Position numbers and translations under genes: made by a program. A stretch of 30,822 nt of DNA from Candidatus Altimarinota bacterium (GTDB lineage Bacteria > Patescibacteriota > Gracilibacteria > BD1-5 > JAGOOR01): positions 1 through 30,822 of the forward strand of contig JAYSSG010000091.1 in the NCBI GenBank assembly GCA_043720655.1, written 5' to 3'. The notes below the pieces were generated by a model that was not told the DNA's origin, did no database searches, and was given only the letters and a program-made list of their open reading frames with translations. Positions 1-10,121 of the stretch are shown piece after piece (the stretch's first letter is position 1; each line of letters begins with the position of its first letter).

Positions 1-389
1 GGTCCGAAGACGACATTTTCTCCTGTTTGCTGAATGATATCAGCCATACGAGGCATAAATGCTTCTTTGGCAGCTTCAATAGATCCAGCTTGGACGAGAG
101 TGTCCAAGAGTTCATTGATGAATCCTGTGAAGTTGTCAGTTCGTGCGACAAAGTCTGTCTCACACGTAAGAGAGGCGATGTAGGCTTTGTTGCCTTCTGT
201 ACGGATGATAATGCGACCCTCATGAGTAGCATTTTCAGATCGTTTTCCAGCTTTTGCGATACCTTTTTTGCGGAGCTCGTCGATAGCAGCGTCGATATTA
301 CCGCCTGTTTCTTCGAGTGCTTTTTTACATTCAGTGATAGAGACACCAGTTGCGTCTCTGAGTTGTTTGATAAGTTCTAGAGTAACCAT
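1..389 (-). CDS. tsf: Elongation factor Ts (N-terminal part; runs off the window edge)
   Basis: Manual translation from ATG at 389: MVTLELIKQLRDATGVSITECKKALEE...LTCETDFVAR. Directly downstream of rpsB. Missing from the ORF track. Confidence 0.97.
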   Translation of the reverse strand, partial: MVTLELIKQLRDATGVSITECKKALEETGGNIDAAIDELRKKGIAKAGKRSENATHEGRIIIRTEGNKAYIASLTCETDFVARTDNFTGFINELLDTLVQAGSIEAAKEAFMPRMADIIQQTGENVVFG

Positions 390-428
390 AATAATAAAGT
401 GAAAAAATAAAAAGAAATAACAAAGAAA

Positions 429-532
429 AAATAACAAAGCACAGAGAAGGTTTTTTTATGACTTATCAAATGCCATATTATTTTCTTTCATATATAAAAA
501 TTACCTTATTTTTGCTTTGTGCTTTGTTATTT
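429..532. repeat. 18-bp inverted repeat in the rpsB-tsf intergenic region
   Basis: AAATAACAAAGCACAGAG (429-446) versus CTTTGTGCTTTGTTATTT (515-532), 17/18 complementary. Confidence 0.7.
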
Positions 533-541
533 CTGCTTTTA

Positions 542-1306
542 CTACGCTACCGCTTCTGCTACTGGAGCTTCTTCTTTTTCTGGAGCAGTTGTAGCGTGTG
601 GTCCTTTTTTTGCGATTTTTTCTGATGCACTTTCTCGGACAACTCGTTTCATAGAATCAGCGAGTTCGTCGACGATGAAGGTGATAGATTTGAGATTATT
701 CACATTACCTGGGACAAAGTGAGTACAGAGCTTTGGTTGACCAGTTGTACCGAGGATAGCAAATACTGGAATACCGAGAACATTTGCTTCTTTGATAGCC
801 TGAGTTTCGTAATGACCATCGATAACAAAAATGGCATCTGGGCATTTCTTCATATCTTTGATTCCTTCGTATCGCTTTTGGAGACGAGTGAGTCGAGTCA
901 TGACCATTGCCTTCTCTTTTTTATTGAGACGGTTGATTTCACCCGTTTCGATATCTTTTTGGATTTTGTTGTATTCACGGACTTGTCGTTTGATAGTCGT
1001 GTAGTTGGTGAGAAGACCCGGTACCCATACGCTTGTCACGCTTGGATGACCTGTCTTTGCTGCGAGATCTTCAGCGATCTTCTGAACCTGGACTTTGCTT
1101 CCTACGATGAGGAGTTCTTTTCCAGCTTTGCAGAATTCAGCGAGAGCATCCTTCATTTCTGCGAGCATTTTTTCAGTTTTTGTAAGATCAAAAACGTGAA
1201 TACCATTTTGTTCCCCATGAATATAGGGCTTCATAGTAGGTGACCAATGGCGCGTGTCGCTACCGATGTGTACTGCGTGATGCAGCATGTCTTTTATGAG
1301 AGACAT
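542..1306 (-). CDS. rpsB: 30S ribosomal protein S2
   Basis: HIGSDTRHWSPTMKPYI, GIHVFDL, WVPGLLTN, PDAIFVID motifs. Likely start MSLIKDML at 1306 rather than the ORF-track start at 1471. Confidence 0.97.
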   Translation of the reverse strand: MSLIKDMLHHAVHIGSDTRHWSPTMKPYIHGEQNGIHVFDLTKTEKMLAEMKDALAEFCKAGKELLIVGSKVQVQKIAEDLAAKTGHPSVTSVWVPGLLTNYTTIKRQVREYNKIQKDIETGEINRLNKKEKAMVMTRLTRLQKRYEGIKDMKKCPDAIFVIDGHYETQAIKEANVLGIPVFAILGTTGQPKLCTHFVPGNVNNLKSITFIVDELADSMKRVVRESASEKIAKKGPHATTAPEKEEAPVAEAVA

Positions 1307-1444
1307 AAGAAAAAAAATAAAAAAATAATCCTTAACCTCTTGTTTGCATAGCCAGTTTCTGAGGCTTGAGAGTTTCTTAGGTTTCTCAAGAGGACAGACT
1401 GTATCAGACGAGAGTGGGTTACTCATTTTCCGAGTAACGTGGAC

Positions 1445-1471
1445 AGTATAGGGAATTTCTCTCTTTTGCAA
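1445..1471 (-). promoter_or_regulatory. Putative sigma70-type promoter for rpsB-tsf
   Basis: TTGCAA-15 nt-TATACT on the minus strand, upstream of a structured leader. Confidence 0.5.
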
Positions 1472-1488
1472 CTTTTTATAGTAGGAAT

Positions 1489-1517
1489 TTGCAATCTACA
1501 GAAAGGTATGGTAGACT
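1489..1517 (+). promoter_or_regulatory. Putative sigma70-type promoter for the orphan gene cluster
   Basis: TTGCAA-17 nt-TAGACT with an extended -10 TG, ending 21 nt upstream of ATG 1539. Confidence 0.65.
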
Positions 1518-1538
1518 CTCTCTAATTACTGCTTTTTT

Positions 1539-2099
1539 ATGACTGTTGAGAACAAAGACATACTCGGTAAAGACCTAAAAAGCCCTCAGAATCAAGCTGA
1601 CATGGGAGGTCTCAAAGAATCTCTCCAAACTTGGTGAGACAAAAAAGAAACTACTCAAGAGGCAACCGCAGAAGCCAAGAAAATTATTGAACAGATTGTA
1701 GCAGGAAATCTCTCTCCAGCTGAAATGGAGGGAATGCTCAATAAGCTTCCAATAGATAAAAGAATGCAAGCGGAACGATTGATTATTGAAAGTCAGAGAG
1801 AGCTCATTGCCACGATGTCACAAGAGAAATACAAACAATATCTCCAGGCACAATTTCCTACTGGAATGCCAGCAAATGCTTCAGAAATGGCACTTTCTAT
1901 GGTGACAGATACGTCTGAAATGTATAAAAATGCTCAACGAGAAATAGCGATTACTGGTATTGAAAAACATGCTTCTGACCATGCGAAAGAAATGCTCAGA
2001 AACGAACAACGTATTGCTATCACAGCGACACAAGAAGCAGAAGGTCAAGCGAGATGACTCGCAAATCAACTCGCAGATATTTCTCAATCGAGAGTATAA
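1539..2099 (+). CDS. Hypothetical protein, 186 aa, helical and charged
   Basis: Open ATG 1539 to TAA 2099 with 2 in-frame TGA read as Gly. T-rich leader. Confidence 0.8.
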
Positions 2100-2101
2100 A
2101 T

Positions 2102-2434
2102 ATGACCACAATTCCTACCAATAAACCGACTGAAGAAATCCTTCAATACAAGAGAATGATTGTGGATCTCCAACAGAAAAAACTCCAAGAATTTGATTTT
2201 GACGCTATCTTTGAGGCAAATACCGTGGTGCGAAACTTCTTTGAAAAATGGGATAATCCAGAAGGGGTAAAACTCGTGGATCGTATGACCAATGTGATGA
2301 AGAATCTGAAGGTCCTTGTCGACTTCGTCAAAGCTCGAAATATGAGTATCGAGATGGGTGAAAAAGAGATGGCAGAGTTTCAAACAGAACTCAAAGAAAT
2401 GAACGACATGCTCGGATGATTTATGAACGTATAA
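2102..2434 (+). CDS. Hypothetical protein, 110 aa
   Basis: ATG 2 nt after the upstream stop. One TGA(Gly), TAA at 2432-2434. Confidence 0.8.
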
Positions 2435-2444
2435 CTATTTTTTT

Positions 2445-2846
2445 ATGACTGAAGTACAAAAAGAAAAATCTCCTGAAAAAGAAAAATCTCAAAAACTACT
2501 TTCTTCAGAGGTGATTCAAAATAATGAGATAGAAGTGAGCTCATTGCAAAAAGTACTTTGAAACCTTTCGGCTCTAAAAATCGAAAAATGAAAGAAATAT
2601 AAAGCTCCAGAAAAGCCTTTAAAAATCATCGAAGATACAGAAATAAACATAGGTTTTGGTTCCACAGAATCTATTGTTGGTGAGTGAAAAAATATTGTCA
2701 TGTCAGAAACTTCTGGATTGACAGTTAAACAATGAAAAGATTTTTCTGTGAGTGTAGGTCTTACAACTATTATTGGCGAGAACGGGCAGTGAAAAATTGA
2801 GCAAGAAAGATGAATGTTTTGAATTACTCTGACAAAGAAATTTTAG
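2445..2846 (+). CDS. Hypothetical protein, 133 aa, beta-rich C-terminal half
   Basis: Open to TAG 2846 only when several TGA are read as Gly. Absent from the ORF track. Confidence 0.75.
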
Positions 2847-2854
2847 GAAGATAT

Positions 2855-2883
2855 TTGCAATGCATTACTTGATACTGTATACT
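2855..2883 (+). promoter_or_regulatory. Putative internal promoter
   Basis: TTGCAA-17 nt-TATACT upstream of ATG 2904. Confidence 0.55.
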
Positions 2884-2903
2884 ATCTCTGTAACTCTTTT
2901 TTT

Positions 2904-3422
2904 ATGACAAAAATCCTAACTTCAGAAATATCTCAAATAGATAACCCATCCGATTTTCAGGCTGTTGGTCTTTGAAAGAAGATAGAGAATCTCTGATGAG
3001 AAGAATCGCTCTTTGCTTCACTCAAATGACTTGTCAGTCAAGCGAAAGGATATATGGAAAAGGCAAAAGGATTTGCTTCTCAAGCAAAACAAGATCGAGA
3101 AATGGCCAGTAATTTGGCTTCTCAGGCTCAGGCAAGTACTATCGAGGCAGGCGCTCTTGCGAAGACCACTGCCACGCTCAAAGAGGAAACTTCTGAACTC
3201 AAGAAATGAGCTGATGTTTCTGCTAAGAATGCTAATTCTTCTGAAAAAGAATCACTCGATGCTCTCGTTAACGCTAAAAAAGAGGCGAGCACAGCCGAGT
3301 CTGCAAAGAATGAGACTCTTCAAACGCAAGAACAAGTAACTCAGGCTGAAGTCAGAATAGAGGAGAAAATAGCGAGGATAGATGAAAAAGAGTCGATCGA
3401 GAAGAGTAGTCTTTTAGTATAA
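2904..3422 (+). CDS. Hypothetical Ala/Glu/Lys-rich coiled-coil protein, 172 aa
   Basis: Open to TAA 3422 with TGA=Gly, including tandem TGA TGA at 2994-2999. Confidence 0.8.
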
Positions 3423-3447
3423 CTTTATATCTTTAACTTTTTTATTT

Positions 3448-4806
3448 ATGACATCATCACAAGGACAAGAAAGAGCCATATCTTCGGCAATCAATACTTC
3501 TGAAGTAGCTCCAAATGCAGCCTCTGGTTTAGGTACTGTGGAAGCAAGCGATCGAGCGACACTTGAATTGAAAGGATCTCTAAAATCTCTTGGCCATGAG
3601 CCTGATAATGCTCCTGCACCTTCTGATGTTGCAGTAAAACCAACAGAGAACCCAAAAACAGAATTTGAAAAACAAAAACAAGAAACCCAAGGAGAATTGC
3701 AAGATATTATAAATGAAAGACAAAAACTTGCAGAAACCTGAAAACAGCTTGATACAAGAGAGGGTGAGATCAAAATACAACTTGAAATGCAGGCAAGAGA
3801 ATGAATAGAACGTTCTAAAGAAGCTAGAGCAGCTGTCAATGAAATCAGCAATCTTATTCCAGATTGAGCGCCAAATTCTCATAGAGACGCTCTGAAAAAA
3901 ACTCTTGAAACCCTGCCTGATATGATGACAGCAAAAGATGTAGCAGATTTTACAGAAAGAGCTCGTTGGGATGCTGCTAAAGCAAGTGTTTGAGACAAAG
4001 ATTTTGCAAATATGAGTCAGACAGAAAAAGATGTGGTCTCTGAAAGAGTGAAAAAGATGGGGGAAAATAATTCTTCAAATCCTGAAAGTGGTCATTGGGA
4101 TGCCGCCAAGGAATCAAGCGGCTTATCTCCAGATACAAAATGGGAGAATATGAGTCCTGTAGAACAAAAATTAGTACAAGAAAGATTTATGGAAGCGAAG
4201 AAAAAAGGAGATGTACCAGTTCCCGCTTCATCAGCTGCTGCGACAGTTTCAGAAGCAAATCTATGAGACGCACCAGTGGTGGCGCCAACAGTTGCTCCAC
4301 AAATATTTTCAGAGCCAACTGATACTTCTGAAGTAGCTCTAAATGCAGCACCCGATACTTCAACAAATACAATACAAATACCACGAACAGAAGGTCGTGC
4401 ACCTACCGTCGTTGGGAGATGAGTTTCGAGCTGAGACGCACGAGATGCAGAAACTCAAGCTTCTCCTGTGGATTGAAAGAATGATAATACGAACATTGAT
4501 ACATCTCTGTGATTTGATCGTATACAATGAAAAAAGCATTGATATCATACTGAACTTGATAAAAAATTATCTGACGGTTCAACTGTATCAGTGTATAATA
4601 ATAATGGTACAAGGTCCATAAATATTGGACCAAATATTCGCTTCGCTGATGATAATGCTTATAATTCTAATATTAATATCACCTTTAAAAGGGACGGGAA
4701 TATAAATGAAATTGTAGATACTAGAAATTGGAATCCTCTTACAGGTAATTCAAGGACTAAAATCTTAGAAGAATTGAAAAATATAGGTCTTACTCTCCCA
4801 AACTAA
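3448..4806 (+). CDS. Hypothetical protein, 452 aa, with internal repeats
   Basis: ORF-track pieces 3448-3741, 4012-4266 and 4591-4806 are one frame joined by TGA(Gly). Followed by a terminator. Confidence 0.85.
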
Positions 4807-4816
4807 TATACATTTT

Positions 4817-4860
4817 GAGCACTAAAAAACCTGTGATTCGTCACAGGTTTTTTAGTGCTC
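4817..4860. terminator. Bidirectional intrinsic terminator
   Basis: Perfect 20-bp stem GAGCACTAAAAAACCTGTGA-TTCG-TCACAGGTTTTTTAGTGCTC between convergent genes. Confidence 0.92.
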
Positions 4861-4869
4861 GTAGATCTT

Positions 4870-7800
4870 TTACTGACACAAACAAGCAACTACTTTGTCT
4901 GTTACCTGGTAATCTCGTGTCTGAGTTTTTCCATAACAATAGAATCGGTTTTCTCTTTCATAGATATAGAATCCTCCGAGTTGTGTAGGATTTGCTATTT
5001 TTCCAAAGAGGAAATTAAAGGTCCCCCATGTTGGCTCTCTTTCTCCAGAAGCACAAGCCTGAGCTTGGCTATCTTCTACCCAACAACTGTTGTTTTGATT
5101 ACATACTGTATTACAAGATTTAGTGCTATCTGTATCTACCCATGCGAGTGCCCGAGAACATACATGTCATGGTCGTGTAGTCGTACAATAGGAATCAGCT
5201 ACTACTTGTCCAGCTGTATTCTTACAGACAACGTCACGAGTGGTATTGCAAGTTGTCCCACACGTACTAGCATCACCTCGATACCATACATAACTTGTAC
5301 AGCTTTGTGTTGTTGTTGGTTTTGTCCCTGCATTACAGTAGGTATTTGAAACACTTGTACCATCACTTCTCCTACATGTTACTGGACGAGTTTGTGATCC
5401 ATTCGTACATGTGCCCCAATCGTTATTACTTGCATACCAATCATATGTCCAGCTATTACAACTTTGACTTGTGCTTGGTTTATTTCCTGCATTACAATAA
5501 GTATTTGTCACAATAACTCCATCATCTCTTTCACAGAGAATAGTACGATCTTGTACATTATTTTGACAAGTTCCCCAGTTTCCGATTTTCCAATCGTATG
5601 AGAAACTATTACAGCTCTGAGTTGTTGCTGGCTTTGTACCACTATTACAGCTCGAATTTGCTACTGTTTGTCCAGAACTATTTTGGCATAGTACATTTCG
5701 AGTCTGTTGATTAATTGAACACGTTCCCCAAGATCCACTGACCCAAGAGTATGTGGTACTGGTACAGCTTTGACTGCTTGATGGTTTTGTACCACTATTA
5801 CAGCTCGAATTTGCCACAATAACTCCATCATCTCTTTCACAGAGAATAGTACGATCTTGTACATTATTTTGACAAGTTCCCCAGTTTCCGATTTTCCAAT
5901 CGAAGGTAGTTATGTCACATGCCTGAGTATTGCATGTCTGACTTGTTGTTGGCATAGTGCCAGTACATTGCCAATTATTGACGACATATCCGATATTGCT
6001 ACGACACTCGACAATACGAGTTTTGGTTCCACCTCCACAGGTTGCATTGCAAGTATTCCAGCTTCCTGTATACCATGAGTAGTTTTGAGTTTGCACACAG
6101 CTACTTCCATCTCGGGTATACCCATAATCACACGTCCAATCACATGTTCCAGTTTGAGCATAGATTGAATTACTTGGTTTTCCCGTACAGTTTGTGCATA
6201 CAGTACCAGTAAGATATTGTCCTACACCACAATTTTGTGTGTAGGGAACACACTGGCTTCCTGAAGAGTAATAATTGGCATTACAAGCCCAGCTACATGA
6301 TCCTGCAGAGGTATAATAACTATTTGATGGTCCAGAGACACACGATTGGCAGGTACTTCCATTTGAGTATTGTCCAATGCTACAGTTCTGAGTATTGCTG
6401 ACACACGTATTCCCATCTCGGTAATATCCACTGTTACAATTCCAGTCACAGGTTCCATAATTTGAATAACTCGCACTTGATGGTTTGGTGGTACAGCTGT
6501 AGCAAGAGCTTCCAGAGAGATATTGCCCAATACCACAGGCTTGAGAGTCGCTTTCACATTTCCCATTTCTCTCAACATATCCTGAATTACAAGTCCAATC
6601 ACACGTTCCTTCTTCTTCATAATAAGCGTTAGAAGGACGACCGTTACATGAATAACAATTATCTCCAGATTCATATTCACCGAGTCCACACTCATTTGAA
6701 TTATCATTGTAATCTCCTACAGTAAATGTCTTATACCCCTCGATATCTGCATCATCTTTGTCAGTCACAACTACTTTGTACTCATAATCATCTTTCTTGA
6801 ATTGGATAAAGTTGTTGAGTGTTTTTTGTCCATCATTTGAAGATGTAAATGAGTAACCGTCATCATAATCGTTATCTATCTCATAGTAGGAAGAGGAAGT
6901 CGTTTTCACCCATGATGAAGACTCTGATCTGCGATAGTAGACCTCAAATTCTACATCTCCTTCATAGGAAGTGTCAGTGGAAGAACCATCTCGAGCACGG
7001 ATTGTCAGGTCTACTCAGTCATTTGTATCAGGAGAAGCATCGTCAGTACTAATATAAAAGTTATCAGTGTCTTTATTATTATCGTCGTTATCAGAATCTC
7101 CTACGGTAAATATTTTATACCCTTCGATATCATCATCGTCTTCATCAGCGACTACTACTTTGTACTCATAATCATCTTTCTTGAATCGAATAAAGTTAGC
7201 GAGGGTCTTCTGTCCTCTGTTTGCAGTAGTGAAAGAATAGCCGTCATCATAATCGTTATCTATCTCATAGTAGGAAGACGATGTCGTCTTGATCCATGAA
7301 GAAGATGAAGACGCTCGATAGTAGACTTCAAATTCTATATCTCCTTCATAGGACGTATCAGTAGAAGAACCATCTCGAGCACGAATAGTGAGATCTACAA
7401 AATTATTTATGTCTGGAGAAGCATCGTCAGTTGTGATATAGAAATTATCAGTATCACCTGAAGAAGAACCAATATCACCCACAGTAAATATCTTGTATCA
7501 TTCTGTATCGTCATTATCTTCGTCAGTCACGACTACTTTGTACGAGTAATCATCTTTTTTGAATCGAATAAAATTATTGAGTGTTTTTTGTCCATCATTT
7601 GAAGATGTAAATGAGTAACCGTCATCATAATCGTTATCTATCTCATAGTAGGAAGAGGAAGTCGTCTTCACCCAAGAAGATGAGGATGAAGTACGATAGT
7701 ATACATCGAAGTTCACCGTTCCTTTGTATGACGTATCAGTAGAAGAACCATCTCGAGCACGAATAGTGAGATCTACAAAATTATTTATGTCTGGAGAAGC

Positions 7801-8502
7801 ATCGTCAGTTGTGATATAGAAATTGTCGCCACTACTATTATTATCTGAATCATCATCTCAATTTTCACAATGCTCTATAGATCTTTGTGCATAAGCAAAT
7901 ACTTCTCGTCGGTATGCAATAGTGTTTGGCTTAAATGAGCTGATAGAAGGTATAATATCATTATCTTCTGCATACTGCATGACGGGTTTTTGCCAAGAAA
8001 CAGCGCCTGTTCCAGTAAATCTCCAGTCATCATAGCGCTCTCATCGGAACTCAAATCCAGCACTATCCATAATCATAGAAAGTGCTTCAGACTTTGTAAT
8101 ATCTTTCATTGGTTGGAAAAATGCTCTTCCTAGTGTGTCACGACGAGAGGTAGTAATGATATTGTTATCTGCCAAAATCTCTACTGATCGGCAAGCCCAC
8201 GTATTTGGACGTGAAGAAGTGACATCGTAGAAAAGATTGTCACAGTCATAGTCGTCTATTTCTGGGATACTATCGATTCGATCACATTTTTCTGCTACAC
8301 GAAGCGCGAGCGCTGCAACTTCTTGACGATAGATAGTCCGATCCAGACTATAGTCTCGGCAATCAGACTCTTCATAAATAATTCATGTATCTGCGAGATC
8401 ATGAGCCATAGTACACTCAGAGCCGGTATAGGCCATAGCAAGAGGTGAACACGCGATAGCGGCTCAGATCACTGCTAGATGTCGAATAAAATATGTATCC
8501 AT
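4870..8502 (-). CDS. Secreted surface protein, 1210 aa: signal peptide, SLH-like domains, 3 Ig-like repeats, 4 Cys-rich repeats, 6 TSP1-like repeats, Cys-rich C-terminal cap
   Basis: Single frame ATG 8502 to TAA 4870 with TGA=Gly. N-terminus MDTYFIRHLAVIGAAIACSPLAMA; SLH-like FQPMKDITKSEALSMI and FKPNTIAYRREV; TSP1-like WYTGSWNTCNATCGGGTKTRIVEC. Confidence 0.9.
5150..6080 (-). repeat. Six tandem TSP1-like repeats
   Basis: W-x4-5-W-x2-C...R-x3-C...C-x4-5-P...C pattern. 88 bp identical at 5509-5596 and 5815-5902. Confidence 0.85.
6715..7827 (-). repeat. Three tandem ~110-aa intragenic repeats with identical DNA blocks
   Basis: Repeat NFYITTDDASPD...LTIRARDGSSTDTSY...GYKIFTVG. 95 bp identical at 7352-7446 and 7730-7824; 89 bp identical at 6815-6903 and 7577-7665. 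Confidence 0.92.
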
Positions 8503-8651
8503 AAACGAAAATAGTAATTAAATACCTCACATATATTGATAATATCTGTTTTTTTCATAAAGCAAGCTTTTTATGTATTTCACTATAAAAATATATTTTA
8601 GCAAATTAGTTTCATTTGATTTTACTCTTAAAGAGAAGTAATATAGGGCAT

Positions 8652-10100
8652 ATGACTACACTTGATATTATCGTTCGTCTTCTGGAAGCGGCTGCTTTAT
8701 GAGGTCTTGTCGGACTCGAAAGAGAAGTCATAGCGGCTAATAGGCAAGAAGATAACCCTAATAATCATTCTGTATTTGGAGGTCTTCGCTCGTACACTCT
8801 GATGGCCCTTCTCGGAGCGATATCAGTCTATTTAGGTGATATTCTCTGATCGCCACAAAACATGGTTATTTTTATTGGGACTATTGTATTTCTCTTTATT
8901 CTTCTTTCCTATATTTATTCCGCTTTCCACCATAATCTTTTTGGTGTGACAAGCGAGCTCGCCGCTTTGGTGACCTTTCTTCTCGGAGCGATAGTGATGT
9001 TGGGTGAAATACAGGTAGCTATTTTTATTGGCGTTATGCTGACTATTATGCTCGCATACAAGTCGCGCATTGCTCCTATTATTGATAGGATTGGAGGTAC
9101 GGAAATTACCAACACTCTCAAATTTGCAGTTATCGCTCTCATTATCTTACCACTTCTGCCAGATCACAAATATGCTATTGGAGACCTACTAGTTTTCCTA
9201 CCTCAAGGGCGATTTATGACTACCTCATTTTTTAATCCCCATAGTATATGGCAATTTGTGGTGGTGATGTCAGGAGTGAGCTATGTTTGATATTTCTTAA
9301 GTAAAATCTACGGATCTCATAAGGGTATTATTTTTTCATGAGCTATCGGTGGAATGGTCTCATCTACAGCGGTAACATCTTCTATGGCTGAGAAAAGTAC
9401 ACACGATGTAGCCCATCTGTACCCAACAGTTATTGCGACCATTACTGCTTGTACTATTATGCTTTTCCGTGTCATTATCATCGTGGTAGCCTTTAATCCA
9501 TATCTTCTCGGGACACTTCTGATACCGATTTCGTCGATGATTCTCATGTCAGTGATTATGCTCGTGTGGCTCTGGAAAAAATCAAAGAGCCATGAAGTTA
9601 TCACTGTTTCAAGTAAATACGAAAGTCCTTTTCAGATTATACCTGCACTCAAATTCGCAGGACTTATTGTCCTTATAAAGTTTTTCTCCACACTTGCCGT
9701 TTCATATCAAGATGTATTTTCGCAGATTTCATGGCTCGAAAACCTCAAAAATTTCCCTATTTATCTTATCTCTCTCCTCTCTGGCTTGGCTGATGTGGAT
9801 GCCATTACTCAGGATATGGCTGAAAAATCTGCTCTCGGAGCTCAATCTCTTACCTCACTTGCAGCAACCGTCGCTATCATTATTGCTCTTGTGACAAATA
9901 CCACTATCAAGATTGGTCTTGCAAAGAAGTTTTGAAGTCCTCAATTTGGATCATACGTTATGAGAATATTATGAAGTATTTTAGTGGTTGGAGTCGTCGT
10001 CTTAAGTGTTATGGTCTCTCTCGGATACAGAAATACTTCACTTGCTTCTGAGTGAATCATTCCAGAAAATCCAGTGATACTCTTCACTCTGAGTAAATAA
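8652..10100 (+). CDS. MgtC/SapB family membrane protein with DUF4010-like C-terminus, 482 aa
   Basis: LLEAAALGGLVGLERE (first G = TGA), GGLRSYTL, GGMVSSTAVT, LSGLADVDAIT motifs. Confidence 0.88.
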
Positions 10101-10121
10101 AAATTTGAGACAAAAGTGTGA

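Noticed and set aside
27-1243. Plus-strand ORFs 27-380, 519-722, 719-1243
   Set aside because: Antisense shadows of tsf and rpsB with no recognisable motifs.
1307-1471. 55-aa N-terminal extension of S2 in the ORF track
   Set aside because: It starts at a TTG inside the putative -35 box and spans the structured leader; homology begins at MSLIKDML.
2994-2999. Selenocysteine or Trp (code 4) reading of TGA
   Set aside because: TGA aligns to conserved Gly, occurs in tandem and many times per gene, and Trp is encoded by TGG.
5150-7827. CRISPR array or diversity-generating retroelement suggested by repeated DNA blocks
   Set aside because: The repeats are in-frame coding units with no repeat-spacer pattern, no adenine-specific mismatch pattern, and no cas or reverse transcriptase gene in the window.
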